From assembly GCA_051439505.1 (NCBI GenBank), contig JBFRWI010000105.1, forward strand, positions 1 to 21,357: DNA of 21,357 nucleotides, written 5' to 3'. This stretch comes from Hormoscilla sp. Lineage in GTDB: Bacteria > Cyanobacteriota > Cyanobacteriia > Cyanobacteriales > Desertifilaceae. Within the stretch, counting starts at the first letter, position 1. Each line of letters begins with the position of its first letter. Below, piece after piece: positions 8,937 to 18,790 of the stretch. Both the position numbers and the translations under genes were made by a program. The notes beneath the pieces are model-generated. The model was not told the origin of the DNA. It saw only the letters and a program-made list of their open reading frames with translations, and did no database searches.

Positions 8937-9050
8937 GAGGCAGAGCCTCGATATTCCGTTCCCTGTCAGAGTCAGGGAACGAGACCTGGGAGCCCGCTTT
9001 CCCCTCGTTACCAGGCTCAGCCTGGTAACGCGAAATGGAGGCTCTGCCTC
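8937..9050. repeat. Inverted pair of 47-bp double-hairpin repeats (family C, REPIN-like)
   Basis: 8937-8983 (GAGGCAGAGCCTC-N7-CGTTCCCTG...CAGGGAACGAG) and 9004-9050 (CTCGTTACCAGG...CCTGGTAACG-N7-GAGGCTCTGCCTC) are diverged reverse complements separated by 20 nt. Confidence 0.85.
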
Positions 9051-9080
9051 CAGTGAAAAAGCTTAACAAGCGATTTTTTT

Positions 9081-9132
9081 AGTCGGTTTTAACCGACTTT
9101 AGCTATTAGCAGGGGGTTTTAACCCCCTGCGG
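9081..9132. repeat. 52-bp double-hairpin repeat, family D copy 1
   Basis: AGTCGGTT-TT-AACCGACT, linker TTAGCTATTA, then GCAGGGGGTT-TT-AACCCCCTGC-GG; homologous to 11609-11660. Confidence 0.85.
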
Positions 9133-9186
9133 GGTAACGGGACAGATGCAATATCTCAGTTCACCATGCACCATTCCCTATTAAAG

Positions 9187-10512
<1,326 letters not shown>

Positions 10513-10672
10513 TTATTTGCAGCTTGTTTGCCAAGTTTTTCTGGATATCTCAGGATTTCTGGGGTTCGCCAAACTCCCGAGATCACCTTCTCGTGGGGGT
10601 TTCACCTGTCTGGGATGAAAGTCCCAATAATTTTTTCCGGGTCATGACCCACAAAAAAATCCTCCCAGTTTA

Positions 10673-10701
10673 TTGACAGGAGTGACTTTCTCCTTCAAAA
10701 T
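10673..10701 (+). promoter_or_regulatory. Putative sigma70-type promoter for the orphan ORF
   Basis: TTGACA (10673-10678), 17-nt spacer, CAAAAT. The -10 element is imperfect. Confidence 0.35.
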
Positions 10702-10842
10702 GGTAGTGGTCGATCGTCTCTAATGTCTAGTCTCCAGCAGCCAAGTCTAGCCCTGGCGGGGTGCTATCTGCCGGTTATCCTATTTGGGATTGAAGGGCAG
10801 GACTTACGCAAATTCAACCGTTAGACAGTACCGGTAGTGGAT

Positions 10843-10863
10843 GGTGGGCGGTGCCCACCCTAC
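10843..10863 (-). repeat. REP-like family A copy
   Basis: GGTGGGCGGTGCCCACCCTAC, the exact reverse complement of 4988-5008. Confidence 0.85.
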
Positions 10864-10973
10864 CCATAGCTATGTTTAAACGCCTTGTTGCGCTCCTCTT
10901 TACCGATATCAGGGATCTCCCCAAATCAATTAGAGATATTTTTACATCAAACAGAACCATAGGAGGGAATGAT

Positions 10974-11384
10974 ATGTTACCACGTGATGTTTTACAAGAA
11001 CTTCTGGATGAGATAGCAACGAAGGACAACAAAATTGATGGACCGGCTATCTTCTATCAAGATAATTTAAGAATATTTATAAAACCTCAAAAATATGGTC
11101 ACAGCGGTAGTGGGTTTGATGTTAACAAGTTCACCGCCAAGATCGGAAGACAAATTAGAGACTCGCTAAAACGTGCAGCAGAGATAGACACTCCATTATA
11201 TGTCACGCTCCTCCTAGAAAAAGCTTTGTGGACAGCTTTCTTGGTTACTGTAGTTAAACAAGAATTTTTACTTGTGTTTTTTCTATCAGACAATAATCCA
11301 CATGAAGCATCAGGAGAGCATCTGGCAAATTGCCTAATATACAAACCAGAGATAGAGCGTCTACTAGAAGATATATTTAGGTAA
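10974..11384 (+). CDS. Hypothetical 136-aa protein, Roadblock/LC7 (MglB/profilin-like) fold suspected
   Basis: AGGAGG at 10961-10966 precedes ATG 10974 (alternative ATG at 10872). The hydrophobic pattern suggests helix-beta-beta-helix-beta-beta-beta-helix. Visibly more AT-rich than neighbouring genes. Confidence 0.6.
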   Translation: MLPRDVLQELLDEIATKDNKIDGPAIFYQDNLRIFIKPQKYGHSGSGFDVNKFTAKIGRQIRDSLKRAAEIDTPLYVTLLLEKALWTAFLVTVVKQEFLLVFFLSDNNPHEASGEHLANCLIYKPEIERLLEDIFR

Positions 11385-11391
11385 ATTATTA

Positions 11392-11469
11392 CAGATGGTG
11401 GGCGGTGCCCACCCTACTTTCGCAGTGCCAGGGAGCAGATGGTGGGCGGTGCCCACCCTACTTTCGCAG
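11392..11469 (-). repeat. Two perfect 34-bp direct repeats (44-bp period), each containing a family A REP
   Basis: CAGATGGTGGGCGGTGCCCACCCTACTTTCGCAG at 11392-11425 and 11436-11469. Confidence 0.9.
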
Positions 11470-11608
11470 CTTATCATACTCGAAGGGCGATCGGGTGCTG
11501 ATCTCCAGTCAATTAGTCGATTCGTCTCATGACCCACCGGGGGTTGCAAACGTTGCAAACCCAAAGGCTTTTAGCTTAAGAATGCTTTCCTTTCTCGACA
11601 ATGCTTTC

Positions 11609-11660
11609 AGTGGGTTTTAACCCACTTTAGCTATTAGCCGTGGGTTTGAACCCACGGCGG
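11609..11660. repeat. 52-bp double-hairpin repeat, family D copy 2
   Basis: AGTGGGTT-TT-AACCCACT, linker TTAGCTATTA, then GCCGTGGGTT-TG-AACCCACGGC-GG. Confidence 0.85.
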
Positions 11661-11724
11661 GCCAGGAGGCTAATTGAATAATTGACTAAGAGGGTAAAAT
11701 GATTTAGACTTGCTATAGTCGATT

Positions 11725-12873
11725 TTACCTCCTCCTTAAAACTCGGCCTAGCAGCCCATCGATCTGCTGGTTTATAGCACTCAAGTGAAAACTTTGACTC
11801 GCCTGCATCCGTGCTTGACGAGCAATAGTCATGGCTTTTTCAGGATGCTGGCGACAAAAGCCGATCGCATCTGCGAGATCTTGTGAATTTCCCGGCGGTA
11901 CTAGCCACCCAGTTTTATCTTGCTCGATCAATTCCACCACACCCCCAGCAGCAGCAGCAACCACAGGTCGTCCGCACAACATAGCTTCAATAATAACCCG
12001 TCCGAAAGGTTCTGGCGCAGTGGAAGTATGAGCAACCAAATCGCAAGCTGCCATTAGGGGTACGACATCCTCACGAAATCCCAAAAACTGGACTCGTTTC
12101 TCCAGTCCCAGTTCTGCTACTTGTTGGTGGAGTCTCTCGACATAATCTCCTTCGCCAAACAGCGCGTCGCCCACTAATATTGCTGTCACGTTACTGTCAC
12201 ATTCGCTGAGTGCTGCTAGCAAAATATGCTGTCCTTTCCAAGGAGACAAGCGACTGAAGTGACCGACTACAAAGCGCCCCTCTAATCTCAGTTTTTCCTT
12301 TATCCGATCGACTTGCTCTTGGGAAGTATGATATTGCTCCGGTTGAAAGCCATTATATACCACTTCTGCGATCTGCGATCGGCCTCCTGCTGCCACAAAA
12401 GCGGCCTGAGTTGCTTTCGAGTTAGCGATAACAAGGTCGGCAAAATTATTGGCCAGGGTGACCGCAAGGCGAAGATTAGTGGGGCTAAAGTGCTCCGTCG
12501 AGAGAATGTCGTGCAGATGATAAACTAGAGGGCGATCGGCCAAAAAGCTAGCCAGAGCGCCAACCACCAGAGCTTTTTGGGTATTGGCATAGATCAGATC
12601 GTAGTCCCGGGCGATTTTAGCCACCTTAGCAATTAGAGGCAAGAGTTGACCTAAACTGCTCAAACCTCGGATCAAATTGCTTTCTTTGCGCACTTCTATT
12701 GGCGCGGTGGCTAAAACCCTGACTGGGATACCCTGCTGCTCTAATAATTCCTGAAAAGAGCCATCTGCGAATAAGCCCACTAAGCAGCTATCTGCATGGG
12801 GTTTGGCAATGTCTAGCAGACATAGTTCTGCACCTCCGGGTTTGCCACTTTGATCTAGAAACAGGATTTTCAT
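11725..12873 (-). CDS. Glycosyltransferase family 4 (GT-B)
   Basis: N-terminal GGAE motif, RLSPWKGQ, EPFGRVIIEAMLCGRPVV (EX7E) and TGWLVPP. Confidence 0.93.
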   Translation of the reverse strand: MKILFLDQSGKPGGAELCLLDIAKPHADSCLVGLFADGSFQELLEQQGIPVRVLATAPIEVRKESNLIRGLSSLGQLLPLIAKVAKIARDYDLIYANTQKALVVGALASFLADRPLVYHLHDILSTEHFSPTNLRLAVTLANNFADLVIANSKATQAAFVAAGGRSQIAEVVYNGFQPEQYHTSQEQVDRIKEKLRLEGRFVVGHFSRLSPWKGQHILLAALSECDSNVTAILVGDALFGEGDYVERLHQQVAELGLEKRVQFLGFREDVVPLMAACDLVAHTSTAPEPFGRVIIEAMLCGRPVVAAAAGGVVELIEQDKTGWLVPPGNSQDLADAIGFCRQHPEKAMTIARQARMQASQSFHLSAINQQIDGLLGRVLRRR

Positions 12874-12964
12874 GATTGTTAATTGTTAAGGATGTGGTCA
12901 AAACCCGTTGATCGAGAATGGGATACCTCAGTCGCCGCAATACTTCTCGGTTAAGAATATAGGT

Positions 12965-13129
12965 TGTCATTGCGAGGGGGGGGGTACTCCGCGATTAACG
13001 GCCTGCTCAATTTAGTTAACCCCCCCCGAAGCAATCCCCTGCAAGCGTACAAGTCTGTGAGATTGCTTCGGGGGGATTGTTTCGGGGGCTAACAAATAGT
13101 TAGTTGGGAAGACCCCCCTCGCAATGACA
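12965..13129. mobile_element. 165-bp MITE-like/palindromic element (family E) with 17-bp terminal inverted repeats
   Basis: Terminal TGTCATTGCGAGGGGGG / CCCCCCTCGCAATGACA; inner 15-bp inverted repeat CCCCCCGAAGCAATC (13022-13036) / GATTGCTTCGGGGGG (13061-13075); flanked by GGT on both sides. Confidence 0.75.
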
Positions 13130-13158
13130 GGTTGTATCCCTTGAAGTATTTGGTTGTA

Positions 13159-13200
13159 CCATTAGCCATTAGCCATTCTCCATTCTCTATCCTCCATTTT
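13159..13200. repeat. Degenerate heptamer tandem repeat (STRR-like)
   Basis: CCATTAG CCATTAG CCATTCT CCATTCT CTATCCT CCATTTT directly after the glycosyltransferase stop codon. Confidence 0.7.
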
Positions 13201-14327
13201 TACAGGCTGTTCAACAGTTCCAGATATCGATCGACAATGCGATCGACCGAAAATTCTTGAGCGCGTTTTTGCAACAGAGCGGAGTCTGGGGGATGGTCCA
13301 GGGTGGCCGCGATCGCATCAGCCATCGCATTATAGTCTCCAACAGGCAATAACTTGCCATATTTTCCCTCTGCTAAAATCTCGGCTGGGCCACTTTCGCA
13401 GTCCGTCGAGACAACTGGAGTACCTGTTGCTAGGGCCTCCGCCACAACGTTACCAAATCCTTCATAAATCGAAGATAGGACAAATACTGAGGCCCTGGCC
13501 ATGTAGGCGTAGGGGTTCTCCACAAAACCAGGAAAATCTACTTCATCAGAGTATCCCATTTCTCGTACCATAGATTCAAGTTGGGGTTTGATTAGGGGTT
13601 CTCGTTCATCCACATCCCCTAGAATCATCAACCGCACGGGACGCTGTGCTCGCAACTTCCCAAAGGCACGCACCAGAGTTAAAAAATCCTTTTGCTTGAC
13701 CAACCGTCCTACACCCAGGATAACAGGAGGTTCTCCCGCAGCAAACCACGGATGCTCGATCGGGGCTTTTGCTTTTTCCAATAGGTTAGATGTCACCACG
13801 GGGTTGTACATGACTCCAATGCTTTGTCGGGGTAAACCTGTCATCTGGGCGACATCCTCTGCCACCCCCTTAGATGCAGCCACAATTGCCTTAGCCCAAG
13901 GATAAAACTGTCGGACTATCCCTGACCTAATCTTGATGACTAGAGGACTATGGCGATCGCGAAATTGCTGGGACAGATTTGTTTGGACGGACATCACCAC
14001 CTTGGTCGGAACTCCTGCTAGTATTTTCGCCCAAGTTGCCGAGCTGAGAATATCTAGAGTAGACAGCAAAAACTGCGGTTTTTCTTGCTGAAGATAGCGC
14101 CTCAAAGCCAGGGTTTTATACAGAATCACAGGCGATTTGGCCTTGAGATCGATCAGTCGCACATCCTTTGGTACCTTTGATAAGTAGGCTCCTTTCGCCT
14201 GTGCTACCAGTAAATCAACTTTGAGACCCCGTTTGGCAAAGCCTTCTGCCAAATGGAGGAAAGCGCGTTCTGCACCCCCACCATCAAGGTTGGGGAGAAA
14301 AAAACTTGCAAAGGTGTTTTTTGACAT
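13200..14327 (-). CDS. Glycosyltransferase family 4 (GT-B)
   Basis: LDGGGAER, GVGRLVKQKDF, ENPYAYM and EGFGNVVAEALATGTPVVSTDC.SGP.EIL. Confidence 0.93.
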   Translation of the reverse strand: MSKNTFASFFLPNLDGGGAERAFLHLAEGFAKRGLKVDLLVAQAKGAYLSKVPKDVRLIDLKAKSPVILYKTLALRRYLQQEKPQFLLSTLDILSSATWAKILAGVPTKVVMSVQTNLSQQFRDRHSPLVIKIRSGIVRQFYPWAKAIVAASKGVAEDVAQMTGLPRQSIGVMYNPVVTSNLLEKAKAPIEHPWFAAGEPPVILGVGRLVKQKDFLTLVRAFGKLRAQRPVRLMILGDVDEREPLIKPQLESMVREMGYSDEVDFPGFVENPYAYMARASVFVLSSIYEGFGNVVAEALATGTPVVSTDCESGPAEILAEGKYGKLLPVGDYNAMADAIAATLDHPPDSALLQKRAQEFSVDRIVDRYLELLNSL

Positions 14328-14391
14328 GGCGATATTGTGAATTGTGAATTGAACGAAAAATTTATCTCTGACTGTTTGTGACTATCAATCC

Positions 14392-15678
14392 TTACATTAA
14401 CTCAATCACCAAGGGATCGTCCGGTACCTTGACGGTAATGCTTGTGACGTCCGCTGACTTTGGCTTATTTGACTTGAGAGGTCGATAAATATTGACATTT
14501 TCAATCTTGCTATTCACTGCGATCTCGATCTTCCGCTTCTTAACCTTGATGTTCTTTTTCTTTTTTAAATCAAAACTGCTGACTTCTTGCCAGAGAATCA
14601 GGTAAAATCTGCCATCCCGTTTTTGTAAGAGGGTATGATGGATATCTTTCGTGTCACCACTCAAAGCATAGTCCAGGTATCCAGGAGAGAAGCTATCTCC
14701 TGGGTCACTCAGGAGGGTAATTAGGTTTTTCAAGGCTTTGAAAGCCGGTTTGGGCGAACCATCGTTGCGCAGTAAACCAAAATTACTCTCTTGATTTTTC
14801 CGATCCCATTCATCAATCAATTCGTAGATGAACGCCCGATCGATGCCCCGATTGAAGTATTCTAAGTATAGTCGCGGAACATATTTTCCCGAAGCCCGTT
14901 CCGAAACGCCCGGATGCAGGGCTTTCTCATCATCCGTGGCATTGTGCCACCCGGACTCCGTGGCCACAATTGGTTTCGTTTCACAGACAAGGCGAGTTGC
15001 AGGTATCCACTTGCTGTCTAAATTATGAGTTGGTGCTTTTCCACCTGGATAGCTGTGCATAGTTCCCATGTCGCACTTAACACCCCCCAATTTTTTAGCA
15101 TTCCACCAAAGTGCTATTGAGGGAGCCAAAACATCTAGATGCCTGGTCTCCCGATCGCCTTTTATGGCCTCATAAAGTTCTGCTTGAAAGTTACGCAGTC
15201 CATCGGGAAAATTTTCACCATTGTAGATTAATTTTTTATGTACATCCCATTCGTTCGGTCCTTCGACAGCTTCGATGGATGCAGAAGCTAATTTAGCCAG
15301 TTCTAATGCGGCAGCAGGGGTTTTTATCCACCAAGGATCCATAATCATAGTTGATTTGATGCCAATGGTTGCTAAATCTTGCAACTTTCTTCTAGCGGTC
15401 TTAGCTTTAAGCGGAAAGCCATCTCGAATATGATGAATGCCTAATTCCTGTAACCTGGGCTTGATAATCTCCTCGTAGTTGCGGTAAGCAGTGTCTACAT
15501 AGTTCAGATGTGTTGCGACTCCGATCGAATCAACAAATTCCGAAGCACTACGGGCTTGCTCTAGTTGCGTATTTTCTCCTAGCATTAGAGAAACATTACC
15601 AACCAAGAAGGCAGTACAAAACAGCATTAAAGCATAGTATTTATATCGCAATAGCCAGTTGAAAATAGAATTATTCAT
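14392..15678 (-). CDS. Exported/membrane-anchored clan GH-A glycoside hydrolase-like protein
   Basis: N-terminal hydrophobic segment; TIM-barrel-like motifs HIRDG, EGPNEWD (putative acid/base), MHSYPG, IVATESGW (putative nucleophile), YELID and FGLL..DG.PKPA; beta-rich C-terminal domain. Overlaps the upstream gene by 8 nt. Confidence 0.65.
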   Translation of the reverse strand: MNNSIFNWLLRYKYYALMLFCTAFLVGNVSLMLGENTQLEQARSASEFVDSIGVATHLNYVDTAYRNYEEIIKPRLQELGIHHIRDGFPLKAKTARRKLQDLATIGIKSTMIMDPWWIKTPAAALELAKLASASIEAVEGPNEWDVHKKLIYNGENFPDGLRNFQAELYEAIKGDRETRHLDVLAPSIALWWNAKKLGGVKCDMGTMHSYPGGKAPTHNLDSKWIPATRLVCETKPIVATESGWHNATDDEKALHPGVSERASGKYVPRLYLEYFNRGIDRAFIYELIDEWDRKNQESNFGLLRNDGSPKPAFKALKNLITLLSDPGDSFSPGYLDYALSGDTKDIHHTLLQKRDGRFYLILWQEVSSFDLKKKKNIKVKKRKIEIAVNSKIENVNIYRPLKSNKPKSADVTSITVKVPDDPLVIELM

Positions 15679-17104
15679 TGCCGTTGTTGTTAATTAAGGA
15701 TAACATTTGTTGATGTCGGTAGTATTTTACCCCTGCCAGACCTATGCCCGAGAATCCCCAAAGAATCATCCCGAATGCTGATACCTGCACTACATTTAAT
15801 GTGATTTGCAAAAATGTCCCGATCGCCACAGCCCGGGCAGCACTCAAAAAAGAATCTGCTTTTGCCTGACTTTCCTGAAACAGTTTCATAAATATCAGCA
15901 ACAGTCCTCCCAGGTACGGAATAGAACCCAACCATCCCAGGGAGAAGAACAGGGACAATACGCCGCTATCATTGCTGCCAATGTATTCATGTTCTATCAC
16001 ATTACCGATGCCCTTACCTACTAATTCAGAAAGGGCCACACCTAGCAGTTCATTGTACCCTTTCGTCCGATCGTTCAAGCTGGTATCATTTTTCGTATTA
16101 GATAGGGACTCGATCCGGGGCCCGATCGCCGAATTAAAAGGTTCTATGGTAGCCAAGGGAACTATCAATACTAATGCTACCATAGCACTAACTATTAAGC
16201 GCATTTGCAGACTGCCCTTGAGGGAAGGGAAGAAAATGAACAGTCCTCCCACCCAACCTACCCAAGCGGACCGCGCGGATGCTAGCAGGAAACTCAAGTA
16301 GCCAGCACCGGCGGCAGGAAAGCTGAGAAAACCTCGATTGCTAAATAATAACAGTAAGCCTGCCATCATCGTACAGGCAAATGGCTGGGGCGAGTTCATG
16401 GTACTCCACACCCGAATTCCCAGGGGTTCAGGGACGCCAAAAACAGGGGTGTCTACATTTTTCAGCCAGAAACTATCCCACCCAGGTGCGACCAAATATT
16501 GCACAATTCCGTAGACTCCCATCACCAATACTCCCCAGAGGAAAGTGCGTTGAGTATTCTGGCGATAGCTGGGATATTCTCGCCAGTTGGCAAATAAGTG
16601 GAAACCAAAAATAACGGGAACTAACCAGTTGAGAAATCCTAGCACGGCGCTTTTGGCTGATACTTGTATTACTCCTAGCAAAAAGCCGTAGCATATGGCG
16701 AAAAAAGACAGGATAAAGGGTAAGCCACCCTGTTTGTAGGACCTGGGGAGGTGTCGCACTAAGGTGGCAAAGGATACTAGGGTTACGAGGATAGGCGCTA
16801 GCAGCGTCAAACTGGGATTGACCCAGCTACTCCTGTAATCAATCAGGCGGCGCACTAAGGGTGTCAGGAACCACACCCACCAAGTAAAACTGTTGTAAAA
16901 TAGGGGATATCGTTGATAGAGAAATACGCCGACTGCAAAACATCCCGCTGGAAAGGCTAGACGGATAATACTCGCTGCACCGCCCAGGATGCCCAGAAGG
17001 GAAACAACTATCAATCCACAGATTGCTCTCCAAGCCGGAACCGGTTGCAAGCCTCCCTTTCTCTCGATCCTTTTTTGGTTTATTTGGACTTCAGTGCCAT
17101 CCAT
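15671..17104 (-). CDS. Wzy polymerase / O-antigen ligase family membrane protein
   Basis: About 10-12 hydrophobic segments, R..STMNSP, SARSAW and an R...Y...G.G.G loop. Start placed at ATG 17104 (25-nt overlap with wzx) instead of 17161. Confidence 0.8.
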   Translation of the reverse strand: MDGTEVQINQKRIERKGGLQPVPAWRAICGLIVVSLLGILGGAASIIRLAFPAGCFAVGVFLYQRYPLFYNSFTWWVWFLTPLVRRLIDYRSSWVNPSLTLLAPILVTLVSFATLVRHLPRSYKQGGLPFILSFFAICYGFLLGVIQVSAKSAVLGFLNWLVPVIFGFHLFANWREYPSYRQNTQRTFLWGVLVMGVYGIVQYLVAPGWDSFWLKNVDTPVFGVPEPLGIRVWSTMNSPQPFACTMMAGLLLLFSNRGFLSFPAAGAGYLSFLLASARSAWVGWVGGLFIFFPSLKGSLQMRLIVSAMVALVLIVPLATIEPFNSAIGPRIESLSNTKNDTSLNDRTKGYNELLGVALSELVGKGIGNVIEHEYIGSNDSGVLSLFFSLGWLGSIPYLGGLLLIFMKLFQESQAKADSFLSAARAVAIGTFLQITLNVVQVSAFGMILWGFSGIGLAGVKYYRHQQMLSLINNNGNE

Positions 17105-18513
17105 ATTTGCTGCATCTGCTCTCGATTTATTAACCAGTTTGCTAGCAGGTAACTCGTGCATCCCGTCAGTACCAAGATGCCTAATATCCAGGCGCTAGCC
17201 AGACTTGTGGGTAACAACAACTTTACAAGAAGCACTGTCCCTAGCATCAATAGGCTGGCCCCAAGGGGTCGCCAAAGTACTGCTGCTAACTCACCCATCG
17301 GTAAGGATATTATCCGGAATGGAATAGCAAAACTAGGGTAAACCAAAATTACCGAGGTGATCGAGTATGCGATCGCCACTCCCACAATACCCCATTGCAA
17401 CCCGATCGCAAAAGCTACGGTCACTAATATCCCCTCAACTATTGTCCAGCGAAACATCCAATCTGCCCGGCCTGTTGCTTTATAGATTGTGCTTACCGTT
17501 GTTCTCACAGATTGCTCCATCCCGACAGGAGCTAAAATCATCAGTAGTAAAATTACAGGCTGCCACTTGGAACCGAATAGGGTCAGGACCAAGGGTTCAG
17601 CAGTGCCCCACAGACCAATCAGTACCGGAAATGTCACTAAGGCGATCGCCCCAGCAACTTTCAGATAGGCTCGACCCAATCTCTCATAGTCATCTTGAAC
17701 TTTGGACAATACGGGAAACAGTACCCTCCCCAGAACAAGAGAGATATTTCTTAAAGGGTAAAGCATGATCCGATAGGCTAAAGTGTAGTATCCCAAATCT
17801 TGCGATCCTAAGAATTTAGCAATTAGCAGGTAATCGACATTTCTCTGAAAATAGCGCAAGGTTTGAGAGCCAGTTACTTGCAAGCTGTAACTCATGACCC
17901 CTCGCACTTCCGCAACACTAAACATCAACTTGGGTCGCCACTTTGCACCTATCCACATCATCACAGTTCTCACCGTTATTAATCCTAACAGTTGAAATAT
18001 TAAGCTCCACACTCCCCACCCGCTAATTGCCGAACTAATGCCAACGATCGAACCTGCCATCAGAGAAATAACTTCTATTTTCGCCAAGCTATTGAATGCC
18101 AAGTTGCGCTCGATTATTGCTTCCGGCACAATGCTCAAAGTGCCAATTAAAAAAGCAAATGATATTCCTCTGAGAACCGAACTCACTCTTGGTTCCTCAA
18201 AAAACCAAGCTACCAGGGGCGAACACAAAAAGAAAAAAGTGATTCCCAGTATCCCAAAGGCGACATTGAACCATAGCATGCTACTGATGAATCGATCGTC
18301 CACATCTTTCTTCTGGATGATTGCTGATGACATGCCAGCATTAAAGGCATCTAAAACTCCCCCAAAAATCGCTGCCATGCCCATCAAGCCAAAATCTCCC
18401 GGTGCGAGCATGTTGGCAAGAATGGCAGTAGTAATAAATTGCATTACCTGCCTGCCTATTCTCGCCAACATCGACCATTTAATGCCGGAAGCAGCCGCTT
18501 TTTTAAGGGACAT
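17080..18513 (-). CDS. wzx: Wzx (MOP family) polysaccharide flippase
   Basis: GIKWS...ILA..L.P.DFGL, AIIQKK, D.LLI.KFLG...LGYY.LAY and LFPVLSK; about 12 transmembrane helices. Confidence 0.88.
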   Translation of the reverse strand: MSLKKAAASGIKWSMLARIGRQVMQFITTAILANMLAPGDFGLMGMAAIFGGVLDAFNAGMSSAIIQKKDVDDRFISSMLWFNVAFGILGITFFFLCSPLVAWFFEEPRVSSVLRGISFAFLIGTLSIVPEAIIERNLAFNSLAKIEVISLMAGSIVGISSAISGWGVWSLIFQLLGLITVRTVMMWIGAKWRPKLMFSVAEVRGVMSYSLQVTGSQTLRYFQRNVDYLLIAKFLGSQDLGYYTLAYRIMLYPLRNISLVLGRVLFPVLSKVQDDYERLGRAYLKVAGAIALVTFPVLIGLWGTAEPLVLTLFGSKWQPVILLLMILAPVGMEQSVRTTVSTIYKATGRADWMFRWTIVEGILVTVAFAIGLQWGIVGVAIAYSITSVILVYPSFAIPFRIISLPMGELAAVLWRPLGASLLMLGTVLLVKLLLPTSLASAWILGILVLTGCTSYLLANWLINREQMQQIWMALKSK

Positions 18514-18544
18514 TGTCTCTCTCCATTTGATATATACCCCTGAC

Positions 18545-18579
18545 TTGTGAATTGTGAATTGCTAATTGCTAATTTTCAA
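18545..18579. repeat. Heptamer tandem repeat (STRR-like)
   Basis: TTGTGAA TTGTGAA TTGCTAA TTGCTAA TTTTCAA; (TTGTGAA)2 also occurs at 14335-14348. Confidence 0.7.
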
Positions 18580-18648
18580 TCGGAGCATGTCCCAGTTTCT
18601 AATTATCGCGAATCTCGGCATTGATGTGATACAGCATAATCGCCTATT

Positions 18649-18717
18649 TGTCATTGCGAGGGGGGACAAGCGCGATAACTTATGATCAATAGAGTTAACC
18701 CCCCCCGAAGCAATCTC
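18649..18717 (+). repeat. Half copy (left arm only) of the family E element
   Basis: TGTCATTGCGAGGGGGG...CGCGATAAC...TCAAT..AGTTAACCCCCCCCGAAGCAATC aligns with 12965-13036. Confidence 0.8.
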
Positions 18718-18790
18718 CCCAACAGCATATCACACAAAGGATGAGAACTGCTATATTTACGCAGCAACCCGATCGGGCAAACGAGCAGCC

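Noticed and set aside
10851..10973. N-terminal extension of the orphan ORF (GTG start at 10851)
   Set aside because: The GTG lies inside the REP palindrome; the strong AGGAGG supports ATG 10974.
11392..11469. Possible CRISPR array (34-bp direct repeats)
   Set aside because: Only two repeats with a 10-nt spacer, the core is a dispersed REP-like palindrome, and no cas genes are present.
10642..11538. 11-bp direct repeat TCATGACCCAC around the orphan ORF
   Set aside because: Many 11-mer matches are expected by chance in 21 kb, and no other boundary evidence supports it.
17105..17161. Longer start for the Wzy-like gene
   Set aside because: It would overlap wzx by 82 nt; ATG 17104 is more plausible.
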